A stretch of DNA of 64,000 nucleotides, from NCBI GenBank assembly GCA_963666215.2, contig CAXWPL010000005.1, forward strand, positions 1,312,001 through 1,376,000, given 5' to 3'. A program made the position numbers and the translations under genes. A model generated the notes under the pieces. It was given only the letters and a program-made list of their open reading frames with translations, made no database searches and had not been told where the DNA came from. Of the stretch, positions 20,745 to 31,259 are shown in pieces (positions within the stretch are counted from its first letter, which is position 1; every line of letters starts with the position of its first letter). The stretch comes from Acidobacteriota bacterium. Its GTDB lineage: Bacteria > Acidobacteriota > UBA890 > WLXD01.

Positions 20745-21855
20745 GGCGTTGGTGCATGAATCGACTTTGGCCTCGACGGTAGCATCGGTTCGGATGCCGG
20801 TGATTCCGGAGATCGAGGGGGCAGCGCCATGACCGTACGCAAGTCGAGCCGAGTCAACCGCGAGTACAAGACAAAGTACAGAGTCAGGAGGAGGGAGTAC
20901 GAGCGTGGCCTCAGGAGCCGTGGCGATGTCACGATCTGGCTCAGCGAGGCGGCGATCGCCGCGTGGACACCACCGAAGAACGGTCTGCGCGGAGGCCAGC
21001 GACGGTACTCGAACCTCGCGATTCTGACCGCATTGACGCTGCGCGTCGTCTTCCGGCTGCCGCTACGCCAGACCGAGGGATTCCTGGACTCGCTGCTGAC
21101 CTTGATGGACCTCGAGCTCGAGACCCCTGACCACACCACACTCTCGCGCCGGAACCAGGACGTTGAGGTGCCGCCCCTGACCCCAGCCCACGACGGCCCG
21201 ATTCACCTGGTCGTCGACTCGACTGGGCTCAAGATCCTGGGTTCAGGCGAGTGGAATGTGCACAAGTACAAGACATCGAGAAGACGCAGGAACTGGCGGA
21301 AGCTCCACATCGGAGTGGATGACGAGGGCTTCATCGTGGCGGCTGAGCTCACGGCAAGCAGTGGGGACGACGCCTCCACGCTCCCTGCTCTCCTCGACCA
21401 GATCGAGGTTCCAATCCGGCGTTTCACGGCAGACGGGGCCTATGACCACAGGTCGATCTACGATCGGGTCGGGGCGGCCGGTACCGAGGACGTCATGATC
21501 GTGATCCCACTTCGTCGCTCCGCGGTGTCCGCTGCGCCCGCAGATGGCCCGTGGGCGCAGCGAGAAGCGGCTCTTCAGAGGATTCGCGAGGTCGGACGGC
21601 GAGAGTGGCAGAAGGAGTCGGGATACCGACAGCAGGCTCGCGTGGAGAACGGGTTCTTCCGATACAAGTCACTGCTTGGGGACAGCCTCAAGGCGAGGCA
21701 CAGGCAGGCGCAGACGAGAGAGGCGATGATGGGGTGTCACATCCTCAACCAGATGGCCGAGCTCGGAAGGCCACAGTCCTACGCAGTAGTCTCGTGAGGG
21801 AGGGGTCGGGAAAGCGGCCCCGACTCGCTCCCGGGTTGAATCGTGCAACAAAGCC
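20745..21855 (+). mobile_element. IS5 family (IS903-like) element
   Basis: IR ggcgttggtgcatgaatc / gaatcgtgcaacaaagcc. Confidence 0.9.
20829..21797 (+). CDS. IS5 family transposase
   Basis: YERGLRSRGDVTIW, VDSTGLK, ADGAYD, YRQQARVE. Confidence 0.9.
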   Translation: MTVRKSSRVNREYKTKYRVRRREYERGLRSRGDVTIWLSEAAIAAWTPPKNGLRGGQRRYSNLAILTALTLRVVFRLPLRQTEGFLDSLLTLMDLELETPDHTTLSRRNQDVEVPPLTPAHDGPIHLVVDSTGLKILGSGEWNVHKYKTSRRRRNWRKLHIGVDDEGFIVAAELTASSGDDASTLPALLDQIEVPIRRFTADGAYDHRSIYDRVGAAGTEDVMIVIPLRRSAVSAAPADGPWAQREAALQRIREVGRREWQKESGYRQQARVENGFFRYKSLLGDSLKARHRQAQTREAMMGCHILNQMAELGRPQSYAVVS

Positions 21856-22029
21856 CTGTCTTTCAGATAATAGATTGGCTCTGCCATTGCTGCTTGCTCC
21901 TGTCTGCGCGTGTCTCTTTTGCTCGCGCTTCTATTATCTCACGCCGATTACCGGTTCTTGGGTGTTATCGGCGGTCATAAAGTGCGGGATTCCGGCTGTG
22001 TAGTCGCGCTTTTGGTTTCATCCTTCGCG

Positions 22030-22184
22030 AGAATGGACCGGTACCTGCTGCGCTCCACTCACCACCGAGAACTACGAGAGCGTTCCTTCCTCGTTTGGCG
22101 ACAGGAGACGTGCGTCTGCTGAACTCGGTATCAAGGCTCGTCCGCGGCACAAGCTCGCACCGGCAGGATTAACTTGACAGTGCC
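22030..22184 (+). mobile_element. IS6 family right-end remnant
   Basis: HHRELRERSFLVWRQETCVC tail and IR aacttgacagtgcc. Confidence 0.65.
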
Positions 22185-22604
22185 CTTTCGGCGGCCCTTC
22201 GCCTGCTGATCGCGTCTTTTATCAGGCACGTGGCCTACTCGATGGACTGGCCGCGTCGGGACGGTTTTTGGGCATCAGACCCTCGAGAGCATCGCGCTGC
22301 TTCCGCTGCTATCCGAGCGCATCGACCACATCCTGGCGTCGAAGGACCTTCTCGAAGGCTGGGAGGTGACCTCGGCCCGGGCGTTTCCACTCGGCGCCGG
22401 AGGGCCTGAAGAGAGAGTCTCTGACCACCCGGCGCTACTGGTCGAGCTTCACCGCCGAGCCCTGGAGCAACCGCCATCCGCGCCCCGCTAGCGCCCAGGG
22501 CGAAGACGGCGTCTGATACCATCACTGTTCTCGGTTGACAAGTGGATCGGCTTCGTAGGGCGGAAACCGCTTTTGGCCTATCGCCCTCACCAAGGAGAAA
22601 GCAC

Positions 22605-22952
22605 ATGGGCAAGAGAGTACTTATCGTGTCCCTCGTTCTCACCCTTATGTCCGGCCTGGCCGGTTTCGTCTTCGCTCTCGATCAGTGGAGTGGCGAGGGA
22701 GAGGTGGTCGAGATCAGCTGTCCCATGACAGACAACGCACGCGGGCCAGACCACGCCGCCTGCGCCAAGAAGTGCCTCAGCGGCGGATCCCAGATGGGTC
22801 TCCTGCTGGAGGATGGCACCATCGTCAAGCTGGTCGCCGGAGACGACGAGGCGCCCTACAAGAGCCTCATCGACCTCGCCGGTAAGCAGGCGAAGGTGAG
22901 CGGTAGTCAGGGCGACGACGTCGTCACTGTAGCTACGGCAGCCGCGGGCTAG
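22605..22952 (+). CDS. Small secreted Cys-containing OB-fold-like protein
   Basis: SD aaggag, signal peptide, GEVVEISC...HAACAKKCLSGG. Confidence 0.7.
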   Translation: MGKRVLIVSLVLTLMSGLAGFVFALDQWSGEGEVVEISCPMTDNARGPDHAACAKKCLSGGSQMGLLLEDGTIVKLVAGDDEAPYKSLIDLAGKQAKVSGSQGDDVVTVATAAAG

Positions 22953-23017
22953 AAGCCTGGGCCGCAGGCGACTGAGCCGCGCCCGCAGGGCGTTCGGCGG
23001 GAGACATGCCACGTACC

Positions 23018-23828
23018 GGTACTGTCAAGTTGAGAGTTGAGCTCATGGCTGGCAGAGTCGGCGGATGCACAACAGCGCACCCAGCTACTGCGGCCATCGG
23101 TTCCCACGCGAGATCATCAGCCACGCCGTCTGGCTGTACCATCGGTTCTGCCTGAGCTTCCGCGACGTCGAGGATCTCTTGGCGGAGCGCGGAATCGATG
23201 TCTCCTATGAGGCCATCCGTGAATGGTGCAGGAAATTCGGCTCCGAATACGCTCGCGGCCTGAAGCGGCGTCAGGGTCGTCTGGGTGACACTTGGTTCCT
23301 GGACGAGCTCTTGGTCTCGATCCAGGGCAGGAGGCAGTATCTTTGGCGTGCCGTGGACCAGGACGGCGACCTGATCGACATCCTCGTTCAGTCCCGCCGC
23401 GATCGGCGTGCCGCAGAACGCTTCTTCCGCAAGCTATTGAAGGGCCAAGGAGCCGAGCCACTGCGGCTGGTGACCGACAAGCTGAGGAGCTACGGGGCAG
23501 CCCACCGAACCACCATGCCTTCGGTCAGGCACGACACGAAGCAGTACGCGAACAATCGGGCTGAGGTGTCGCACCAGCCGACCCGACAGCGGGAGCGGCA
23601 GCTGCGGAGGTTCAAGTCTGCCGAACACGCGCAGCGATTCCTCTCTGTTCACGGGATCATCCTGAACCTGTTCCGTCTTGGCCGTCATCTCGCCAGCGCA
23701 CCCAACCATCGCACGCTGCGAGATCGTTCCCTCGGCGTCTGGCGGTAGGTGACGTGCGTCTGCTGAACGCGGACTCTGCCATCGACCGCGGCACCGACTC
23801 GCTCCGACAGCGCTAAGTTGACAATACC
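23018..23828 (+). mobile_element. IS6 family element (CDS 23065-23748, stop six codons early)
   Basis: IR ggtactgtcaagtt / aagttgacaatacc; WFLDE, VTDKLRSY, NNRAEVSHQ. Confidence 0.9.
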
Positions 23829-23901
23829 GACGGTGTCCTTGCCAGTCGACATTCTTGCGCGTCAAGGCCGCGAGCTCGCCGCCCGCATCCGCAAGTCTTC
23901 G

Positions 23902-24648
23902 CTAACGCGGTAACAGACGACCGACGAACGACTCGGCGAAGGACCCAGGAGGCGACGGCGTCAGCTGCTCCGGGGCACAGATCTGTCGGATCGTGCCACC
24001 TTCGAGGATGGCTACCCGGTCGGCCAGGGCGCCGGCCTCGTCGGGATCGTGGGTGACCAGAAGCGTCGGCACCTGGCGCTCGGCAAGCAGCTCACGCACC
24101 AAACCGATGAGCTGTTCCTTCAGCGCGATGTCCAGACTCCCAAAAGGCTCGTCGAGCAGCAGAGCTGTTGGCTCGTAGACCAAAGCGCGCGCCAGAGCTA
24201 CCCGCTGACGCTCGCCTCCAGACAAGTCTCCAGGGTAGGCGCGACCTCGGTCGCCCAGGCCCACTCTTTCCAGCCACTCATCCACCAGCACCTGTCGATC
24301 GGACCTCTTGAAGCCTTTGGCCGAGAGCACGAACCCGAGATTGCGCGCGACGGTGAGGTGCGGCCACAGAGCCAGATCCTGAAAGACGACGGCGAGGTTC
24401 CTCTCCTCCGGAGGAACGAGAATCCGCGCGCCTCGGCTCACCTCGCGTCCCGCGATACGGACGACACCCTGGCGCGGCCGAGCTAGACCGAGCACGGCAC
24501 GCAAGAGAGTCGTCTTGCCAGTTCCCGAGGCTCCCGCCACCGCGACCACCTCGCCTTGCGCGACGGCGAGCGAGAGATCGTGGACGACGGCCCTAGTGCC
24601 GAATGCGAGCTCGAGGCCCTCGATCTGGAGAACGGTCGATTCTTTCAC
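23902..24648 (-). CDS. ABC transporter ATP-binding subunit (Fe3+/polyamine family)
   Basis: GASGTGKT, LSGGERQR, LLLDEP; GTG overlaps permease stop. Confidence 0.88.
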   Translation of the reverse strand: MKESTVLQIEGLELAFGTRAVVHDLSLAVAQGEVVAVAGASGTGKTTLLRAVLGLARPRQGVVRIAGREVSRGARILVPPEERNLAVVFQDLALWPHLTVARNLGFVLSAKGFKRSDRQVLVDEWLERVGLGDRGRAYPGDLSGGERQRVALARALVYEPTALLLDEPFGSLDIALKEQLIGLVRELLAERQVPTLLVTHDPDEAGALADRVAILEGGTIRQICAPEQLTPSPPGSFAESFVGRLLPR

Positions 24649-26267
24649 CGGCGTCGAGCCCCCAACGACAGCAGCAGCGAGCCCACGGTCACCGCCCCGG
24701 CTACCAGCACCACTTGAACCAGCGCCAGTGCGGCCACGAGCCGCGGAGGTCCGTTGGCTTCGAGGGTAAAGAGGCGCACCGTTAGCGGCTCTGCGCCAGG
24801 CGGATAGAAGAGGATGACGGTATCGAGGTCTCGCATACAGAAGACAAGAGTGAGCAGAAAGGCCAGCGCCAACCCCCGCCAGTGGGGCCGTAGCACTAAC
24901 ATGACGAGCCGGCGCAAGAAAGACGCGCCGGCAACCTGGCCGGCCTCCTCCAGCTGCGGCGAAGACTGCGCGAACGCAACGGCCGAGGAGCGGACCGCCA
25001 GAATCGCGTACCGACCACAGCCGGCGATCACCAGAATCGCGGTCGTTGTATACACCCACTGAGTCGCCGGCCGGTTCCAGGCCGAGATCAACCCCACGCC
25101 GAGCACAGCCGACGGCATCACGAAAGCGAGAAAGAGACAGCCGTCCAAGATCGACGCAATCCTCGACCTCCGCACCAGGGCGTGCCCGACAACGCAAGCG
25201 ATCGCGGTGGCAGCGGCGGCCGCTATAAACGCCGTCGACAGGCTCGTCCAAAGACTGTCGCCCAACGCCAGCTTCTGCCCTGGCCGAATCGGGCCTACCA
25301 TCGCACGCCAGACCAGGCCCGCGAGCGGAGCCACCCCCGCTGCCGCCAATGCGAGCACGACCGCTGTCGCAAGGCTCCGCCAACGTCCCAGCTCTATCGG
25401 CTGTCGTGACTCGCGAAGGCCGAGCAGATCGAAGCGGCGCCGACCGAAGAGTCGGCGCTCGGCGACGACCAGGAGAAGACCGGCGACAAGCAGCGGCGTC
25501 GCCAGTGCGACCGCCTCGCCGGGGTTGAAGTCGATCCCCGCCAAGCGGGAAAACACGACTTCGCTGTAGGCGCGCGTGCCAAAAAACAGAGGCACCCCGA
25601 GCTCGGAGATGGCCAGCGAAAAGACGACGACAGAGGCGAGGGCGACGGCAGGCGCGGCGCCCGGGAGCAGGACCGAGCGGAACACGTGCAGCGGCCTAGC
25701 CACCACCAGAGCCGCCTCTTCGAGAGAAGGCTCGATGCCGCGCAGCGCAAACGCGGTCAGGGTGGTCACGATCGGCGCCAGCGCGAAGGTCAGCACCCAA
25801 GTCACGGCCGGCTCACCAGAGAGCGAACGACCGCCGATACCGGCGCCGGCCACACCGCTCAGATCGACGAGGTGAAACCAACCCAGTGCCAGTAGGAAAG
25901 GCGGCAGAAAGAGCGGGAAGGCATGGACCAGCCACAGTATGCGCCGCAGCGGAAGATCACTGCGGCCGAAAAGGCACCCCAGCGGGATGCCGACGGCCAG
26001 GGAAAGGAGGGTCACGAGGAGAGCTCGTGCTGCAGAGCGAAGAAAAAGCGCCCACAGATCCCACCGCTGAAGAAGGCTGAGACTGTCGACAGTAGACGAA
26101 GTCAGCTCGGCCACGAGGGCGAGAAGAGGCAGGGAGGCGACGAGCGCGACGCAGACCGTCGCGAGCACGAGCGCGCCGACTCGCTGGTAACGTCGCCAGC
26201 GTTCGTGCACGGCCGTGTGCAGCCAGCCGTGACCGACCCCAGCGCCAAGGCTCAGAGACCGACCCAT
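24645..26267 (-). CDS. ABC transporter permease (Fe3+-type, two TM domains); start uncertain
   Basis: Two EAA loops (LEEAALVV, LEEAGQVAGA); many TM helices. Confidence 0.85.
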   Translation of the reverse strand: MGRSLSLGAGVGHGWLHTAVHERWRRYQRVGALVLATVCVALVASLPLLALVAELTSSTVDSLSLLQRWDLWALFLRSAARALLVTLLSLAVGIPLGCLFGRSDLPLRRILWLVHAFPLFLPPFLLALGWFHLVDLSGVAGAGIGGRSLSGEPAVTWVLTFALAPIVTTLTAFALRGIEPSLEEAALVVARPLHVFRSVLLPGAAPAVALASVVVFSLAISELGVPLFFGTRAYSEVVFSRLAGIDFNPGEAVALATPLLVAGLLLVVAERRLFGRRRFDLLGLRESRQPIELGRWRSLATAVVLALAAAGVAPLAGLVWRAMVGPIRPGQKLALGDSLWTSLSTAFIAAAAATAIACVVGHALVRRSRIASILDGCLFLAFVMPSAVLGVGLISAWNRPATQWVYTTTAILVIAGCGRYAILAVRSSAVAFAQSSPQLEEAGQVAGASFLRRLVMLVLRPHWRGLALAFLLTLVFCMRDLDTVILFYPPGAEPLTVRLFTLEANGPPRLVAALALVQVVLVAGAVTVGSLLLSLGARRR

Positions 26268-27274
26268 TCGCGGAGCCACGGTTGCAAGCTCTCCATCATT
26301 TTCGCTACTTCGGCGTAGTCGACCTGCATCGCGTTCAGGCTCGACACCGCTGGTACCGAAGCAGGGGCCACCGTGTCGTCGCGGAGCGGCATGTGAGCGG
26401 CGCTCACTGCCAACAGACCTTCGCTTGTGGCAGAGAGAAGACAGTCGACGAGGCGTCTGCCCGCAGCAGGATGTGGCGCACCCGCGATCAGCACCACGGA
26501 GGTCGGCATCACCAGGGTTCCGATGCCGTCCTGGTCCGGATAGACAACCTCGACGGGATCACCTTCCGAGAGCGCGACGAACGCATCGTCGGTGTCAGTC
26601 AGTCCGAAAGCCACCTGCCCAGAAGCGACGAGACGTCTCACCTCACCGTTCGAGCTGGCAACGCGCACCTGGTTGTCCTGAAGGGCCTCGAGGAAGGCGC
26701 GTGCCTCATCTACGCCCCAGATCACCGCCAGCGCGGCGACGTGCATGGTGGTGGTGCCAAAGAGCGGATTGGCGATGGCGCTCTGCCCACGCCAGCGCGG
26801 ATCGGCAAGATCGCGGATCGAGTCGGGGCGATCCCACTCGGAGAGGAGCTCACGATTCACCAGCAAGACGCGGGCCCGCGCCGCGATGCCAGTCCAGGTT
26901 CCGTCCTCGGCGCGGAACCCCACCGGCACGGCAGCCGCCTCCGGAGAGACGTAGGGGTCGATGAGATCACGTTCGTCGAGCAGAAACGGCCGCACCGGGT
27001 CTCCGGACCAGAAGACGTCGGCCTGCGGATGGTCGGCCTCGGCGAGGAGACGATTGAGAATGCCGGTGCTCTTCGTCTCCTCGGTGTCGAAGACGCCCCT
27101 GACACGGAGCCCGAGGCGTTCCTCGCACGAGCGGAAGACGGGCTCGGAGAACACCTGATCGACTGAGGTGTAGACCACGACTTCGCCCTCGCCACTGCCA
27201 GAGCCACATGCGAGGGCGAAGACGGAAACTAGCGCGAAGCCGAGCAAGGCACAGTTGCTGACAGGTTTCCTCAT
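26252..27274 (-). CDS. Fe3+-type ABC substrate-binding lipoprotein
   Basis: Lipobox ALAC, VVVYTS, ADVFWS, GLTDTDD. Confidence 0.85.
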   Translation of the reverse strand: MRKPVSNCALLGFALVSVFALACGSGSGEGEVVVYTSVDQVFSEPVFRSCEERLGLRVRGVFDTEETKSTGILNRLLAEADHPQADVFWSGDPVRPFLLDERDLIDPYVSPEAAAVPVGFRAEDGTWTGIAARARVLLVNRELLSEWDRPDSIRDLADPRWRGQSAIANPLFGTTTMHVAALAVIWGVDEARAFLEALQDNQVRVASSNGEVRRLVASGQVAFGLTDTDDAFVALSEGDPVEVVYPDQDGIGTLVMPTSVVLIAGAPHPAAGRRLVDCLLSATSEGLLAVSAAHMPLRDDTVAPASVPAVSSLNAMQVDYAEVAKMMESLQPWLREWVGL

Positions 27275-27278
27275 GGCA

Positions 27279-28100
27279 TCAGTCGCCTTCGGTCAGATCG
27301 GCGGCCTCGCCGCTTGCCCCTTCATCAAAGGTCGCCAATCGCAGATCGTCGAACCAGGTGACGCTGTCGGCTTTGGTCCACAGGCCCACGCGCCCCGGAT
27401 TCTGGAAAGTCTCGTCAGTCACCTGGAACAGCTCGCGACCGTCGAGAAAGGCAGTGAAGAGCTGCGCCTCTGCGCGCACGCCGAGCTTCGACCAGGACCG
27501 CAACGGCACGTCGACGTCTATGCCGTAGGAACGTCCCTTGCCGAGGAGAGGAAGATCTGTCCGCTCGCCGTTCTCCATCTTGTAGAGGACCACATTGTCT
27601 TCGAGAGCGTTCGCCCGCAGGACATAGTAGTTGTCGGGGTCCTGGTACCTCCATATCAAGCCGATGGCCTGGTCCTTTGTGCCCGAGACTGGATGGCCCA
27701 TCACCGACAGCTCCACATCGCGCGCCCGAGGCGCGTCGAGCACCAACAGCGGAAAGCGGTAGTTGGTGCGATCGACGTCGAGCTGCGCGACTGCGAGGTG
27801 GCCGGACGGAGCGCCGGCCTCGATCACCTCCCACCGGCCCTCGGCACCGCGACCTGAGTGGGCCGCTGAGAAGCCGTGGGGAAGCATGCCGACCGTGTCT
27901 CCCTCGAAGTCGTACAGATGTGAAGACGGCACGCCGTCCAGGCGAGCCTGCTCGCCTGCGGCGGCTGGCGGTGTGGCAGGGGCGGACCTCGCATCAGGTC
28001 GCGCACTCGCCGCCGCCGGGTCATCGCTGCCCCCGGATTCACTGCAGGCGACAGCCCAGAGAAGCAATAGGACGGTCGGACCGAGCGTTCTGTGTTTCAT
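27279..28100 (-). CDS. Lipoprotein with LamG/DUF1080-like jelly-roll domain
   Basis: Lipobox AVAC; YQDPDNYYVLRANALEDN, GRVGLWTKADSVTWFDD. Confidence 0.7.
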   Translation of the reverse strand: MKHRTLGPTVLLLLWAVACSESGGSDDPAAASARPDARSAPATPPAAAGEQARLDGVPSSHLYDFEGDTVGMLPHGFSAAHSGRGAEGRWEVIEAGAPSGHLAVAQLDVDRTNYRFPLLVLDAPRARDVELSVMGHPVSGTKDQAIGLIWRYQDPDNYYVLRANALEDNVVLYKMENGERTDLPLLGKGRSYGIDVDVPLRSWSKLGVRAEAQLFTAFLDGRELFQVTDETFQNPGRVGLWTKADSVTWFDDLRLATFDEGASGEAADLTEGD

Positions 28101-28222
28101 GCAGGGCACCTTTCTAGCCAGCCACTCTACAACCGGGCTACTTGTAACACGATCGTTAAGAGAAAGTGAGCGCCTTTGGGTGTTAGTCTCCGCCGAATGC
28201 CAGCCGTGACGGGAGAGAGCTG

Positions 28223-29002
28223 ATGAGCCTGCGGGAGGGCGGTAGTCGAAATCGTGCTGCTATCGGCTCTGCGCTCCTCTGGTTTGCCATCGCTCAATTC
28301 GCCGGCGCTCCGGGAATCCTGGCTCAGGGCGGACCCCCCCTCCTCACCGACGATCCCGGGACCCCGGGCGATGGCAACTGGGAGCTCAACCTCGCCATCG
28401 AGTTTTCAGACGGGGACGGGGAGATCGTCTGGGCAGCGCCGGTCGTCGACCTCAACTATGGTGTGGGTGAGCGGGTGCAGCTCAAGTTCGAGGTGCCCTG
28501 GCTGTTGGTGGACGAGTCTGGTCGCACGCGGAGCGGTATCGGACCTTCGAACGTAGGCGTCAAATGGCGATTCTACGATAGCGGCGATACCGGCAGATCG
28601 ATTTCCATCTACCCACAGCTCGAGTTCGCGAGCCCCGGCTCTTCCGTCGAACGAGGGTTAGTGGAGGGGGACACAACCCTCTTCTTGCCGGTTGAGTTCG
28701 TGCAACCCCTGGGTCCGGTCTCGATGAACCTGGAGGTCGGGTACCTGGTGTCGGATCCAGGCGACGAGCTCGTCCTCGGCGTAGCGCTGGGACGAGAGCT
28801 AGGGGCTAAACTGGAGCTCCTCGCGGAGGTGTGGGGCTCCGAGCCGGTTTCCGGGGGAGAGGGCGTCTGGGTAGCCAACCTAGGGATACGCTACGACTTG
28901 AGAAGAGGGTTGGTACTCCTCGTGGCTGGGGGGCGTGGTGTTGCCGGAGCCCGTGTCGAGGCCGGCGGGTTAGGCTTCCTGGGACTTCAGTTAACCTTCT
29001 GA
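28223..29002 (+). CDS. Outer-membrane beta-barrel (MetA-pathway-like transporter)
   Basis: Signal peptide, GGPPLLTDDPGTP, amphipathic strands, C-terminal F. Confidence 0.7.
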   Translation: MSLREGGSRNRAAIGSALLWFAIAQFAGAPGILAQGGPPLLTDDPGTPGDGNWELNLAIEFSDGDGEIVWAAPVVDLNYGVGERVQLKFEVPWLLVDESGRTRSGIGPSNVGVKWRFYDSGDTGRSISIYPQLEFASPGSSVERGLVEGDTTLFLPVEFVQPLGPVSMNLEVGYLVSDPGDELVLGVALGRELGAKLELLAEVWGSEPVSGGEGVWVANLGIRYDLRRGLVLLVAGGRGVAGARVEAGGLGFLGLQLTF

Positions 29003-29036
29003 GCGGCGGACAGCACGAACGAAAGGAGCGCACGCG

Positions 29037-30335
29037 ATGCGATGCTCATTCAGGCACCGGAGAAGAGCCGGCCTCGAGACCCGAGGGCGACGGGACAGCC
29101 TACGGCTCCGACCCCTTGCGAAGCTGGGGTACGCAGCCGTTCTCGCATTGATCGTTCTCCAAGTTCCGGCTGCCGGGCAGGTCGAGCCTCCTGCCGAAGA
29201 TACCGGCAAGGCTTTTGTCGGCTCGGAGGCCTGCGGGTCCTGTCACAGGAGCCTCTATAGCCGCTGGAAAAACACTCGGATGGCCAACATCCTGCAAGAC
29301 GTCAAGGAGCGCCCCGAGGCCATCAAAGGCGACTTTTTGACACCCCATGAGTTGGTGACCTTCAGTAAGGAAGACATCGTCTTCACCTACGGCAGCAAGT
29401 GGAAACAACGCTACTTCACCAAGATCGGCAGCGATTACTACGTCTTTCCCGCCCAGTGGGACGTGACCAACCGGGAGTGGCGTACCTACTACGTCAGAGA
29501 GGGCACCGACTGGTGGGTGGAGCACTACCCCGCGGATCAGATGCAAAGGCCTACCGGGCCTCTCTGTGATGGCTGTCATTCGACCAACTACGACATCGAG
29601 ACCAAAGAAGTCACCGAGTGGAATGTCGGCTGTGAGAAGTGCCACGGCGCTGGGAGCGCACACGCCGCCGATCCGCAGAGCGAGAACATCACCAATCCAG
29701 CCCGGCTCGACTACGTGCGAGCGGCCGACGTCTGCATTCAATGCCACTCTCAGGGGCAGCCCCTCACCAACCCGATCGCCGGCACGTACTATGACTGGCC
29801 GGTCGGATACGAGCCCGGCGATCGGCTCAGTGACTTCTGGAAGCTAGAGGAGCACCATCTCGGCGAGGAGTCGTTCACTCATTGGCCCGACGGATCCGCC
29901 CACAAGAATCGAATGCAGGGGAACGACTATGTCTCCAGCGTGATGTACACGCGAGGAGTGAAGTGCTCCGCCTGTCACGACGTACACGGAACCGAGCACG
30001 GCGCGGAGCTGACCAGACCCGACAATGCTCTGTGCCTGCAGTGTCATGGCCCTCGCTCCCCGAACGGTCCCGGCGGTACGCTCGAAGAGCACACCCATCA
30101 TGCTCCGGAAAGTGAAGGAAGCCAGTGCATCGCCTGTCATATGCCGAAGATCGCCAAAACGATCGGCGAGGTCAAGGTGCGCAGTCACACTTTCAAGTTC
30201 ATACCCCCATCGATGACGGAGCAGTACGGCATCCCGAGCCCGTGCACGTCCTGCCACACAGACCAGAGCTCGGAATGGGCCCGCGAGGAGCTCAAAGGCT
30301 GGCCGAGTACTTCGCCATGGCGAGTGGCCCAGTAG
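29037..30335 (+). CDS. Multihaem cytochrome c (8 CxxCH); start uncertain
   Basis: CGSCH, CDGCH, CEKCH, CIQCH, CSACH, CLQCH, CIACH, CTSCH. Confidence 0.9.
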   Translation: MRCSFRHRRRAGLETRGRRDSLRLRPLAKLGYAAVLALIVLQVPAAGQVEPPAEDTGKAFVGSEACGSCHRSLYSRWKNTRMANILQDVKERPEAIKGDFLTPHELVTFSKEDIVFTYGSKWKQRYFTKIGSDYYVFPAQWDVTNREWRTYYVREGTDWWVEHYPADQMQRPTGPLCDGCHSTNYDIETKEVTEWNVGCEKCHGAGSAHAADPQSENITNPARLDYVRAADVCIQCHSQGQPLTNPIAGTYYDWPVGYEPGDRLSDFWKLEEHHLGEESFTHWPDGSAHKNRMQGNDYVSSVMYTRGVKCSACHDVHGTEHGAELTRPDNALCLQCHGPRSPNGPGGTLEEHTHHAPESEGSQCIACHMPKIAKTIGEVKVRSHTFKFIPPSMTEQYGIPSPCTSCHTDQSSEWAREELKGWPSTSPWRVAQ

Positions 30336-30464
30336 AAGGAAAGCCAGACTTCCACGAGCCCGTTCGGCAAGTCAGAGCCCGGGAGCGGCCCGTCTAGCTA
30401 GTACCACCAGTGCCATCGGCTCTCCCGCGCGGAACAACGCGCCGGAGAGCCGACGAGACGCGAG

Positions 30465-31238
30465 CTACTTCCAGGTCACCTCCATGGCGAAGAAATGGTC
30501 GAAGACCTTTCGTGTGGGGTTGTTGCGGTCATCGGTCTCTGGACTGCGGATGAAAAAATCGAGCTGCTGCGTCGCTGGGTTCACAGCTCCCGCCTGCGAT
30601 TTCTTATTCAGAAGGGGGTAGTCGACCTTGAGGGTCTCCCGATCCCGCATGCCCTGCGTCACCATGAAGTGGATCTCATAGTTCTCGTAGAGCGCTTCGC
30701 CATCGAGAGTGGCTTTACCAAAGCCCCACCCCGCAATGTAGATCACGGTCTTTGGCCAGTTCGTATCCCCGCATCCTGAGTCACCATGCTCGTAGATGAA
30801 CGCGGCTACACCTCCGTTCTGGCAGGGATTGGACTCGTGAAAGCGCTCGAGCTCAATGACGAGCTGTCCCTCTGGTAGCCCGAGCCTGGCCACGAAGGTG
30901 CCCGTGTTCTCCCGTTCATTGACATCGATCTCTACCGTTCCTTCAACCTTCCGTACGGCAGAGGCGTCGTTACCCAGGTGGTTCCACCCAGGGGAGTCCG
31001 AGAGGGTTCCCACCTGGTAGACACCTCCTGCAGAGAGCACGAAGTGGCCATCGTACAGATCGTGCTGCTCAGGCGTGTAGAGAGTCATCTCTGTCCCGGG
31101 CTGTTGCCGGAGGCTCGTCGGTTGAGCGTCGGTGCTGCTGTCCTCTTGAGCTCCGCTACCACTGGTTGCAGTTCCGTTGGTGCAGGACACGAGCAAGAGA
31201 ACCAGCGCTGTACAAGAGAAGATTCTGATCGCAGTCAT
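30465..31238 (-). CDS. Hypothetical lipoprotein
   Basis: Lipobox LVSC, SD gagga; beta-rich mature part. Confidence 0.7.
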   Translation of the reverse strand: MTAIRIFSCTALVLLLVSCTNGTATSGSGAQEDSSTDAQPTSLRQQPGTEMTLYTPEQHDLYDGHFVLSAGGVYQVGTLSDSPGWNHLGNDASAVRKVEGTVEIDVNERENTGTFVARLGLPEGQLVIELERFHESNPCQNGGVAAFIYEHGDSGCGDTNWPKTVIYIAGWGFGKATLDGEALYENYEIHFMVTQGMRDRETLKVDYPLLNKKSQAGAVNPATQQLDFFIRSPETDDRNNPTRKVFDHFFAMEVTWK

Positions 31239-31259
31239 ACTTCTAACCCTCCTCACTTT

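Noticed and set aside
24649-25383. Long N-terminus on the ABC ATPase ORF
   Set aside because: Out-of-frame overlap with the permease; GTG 24648 fits
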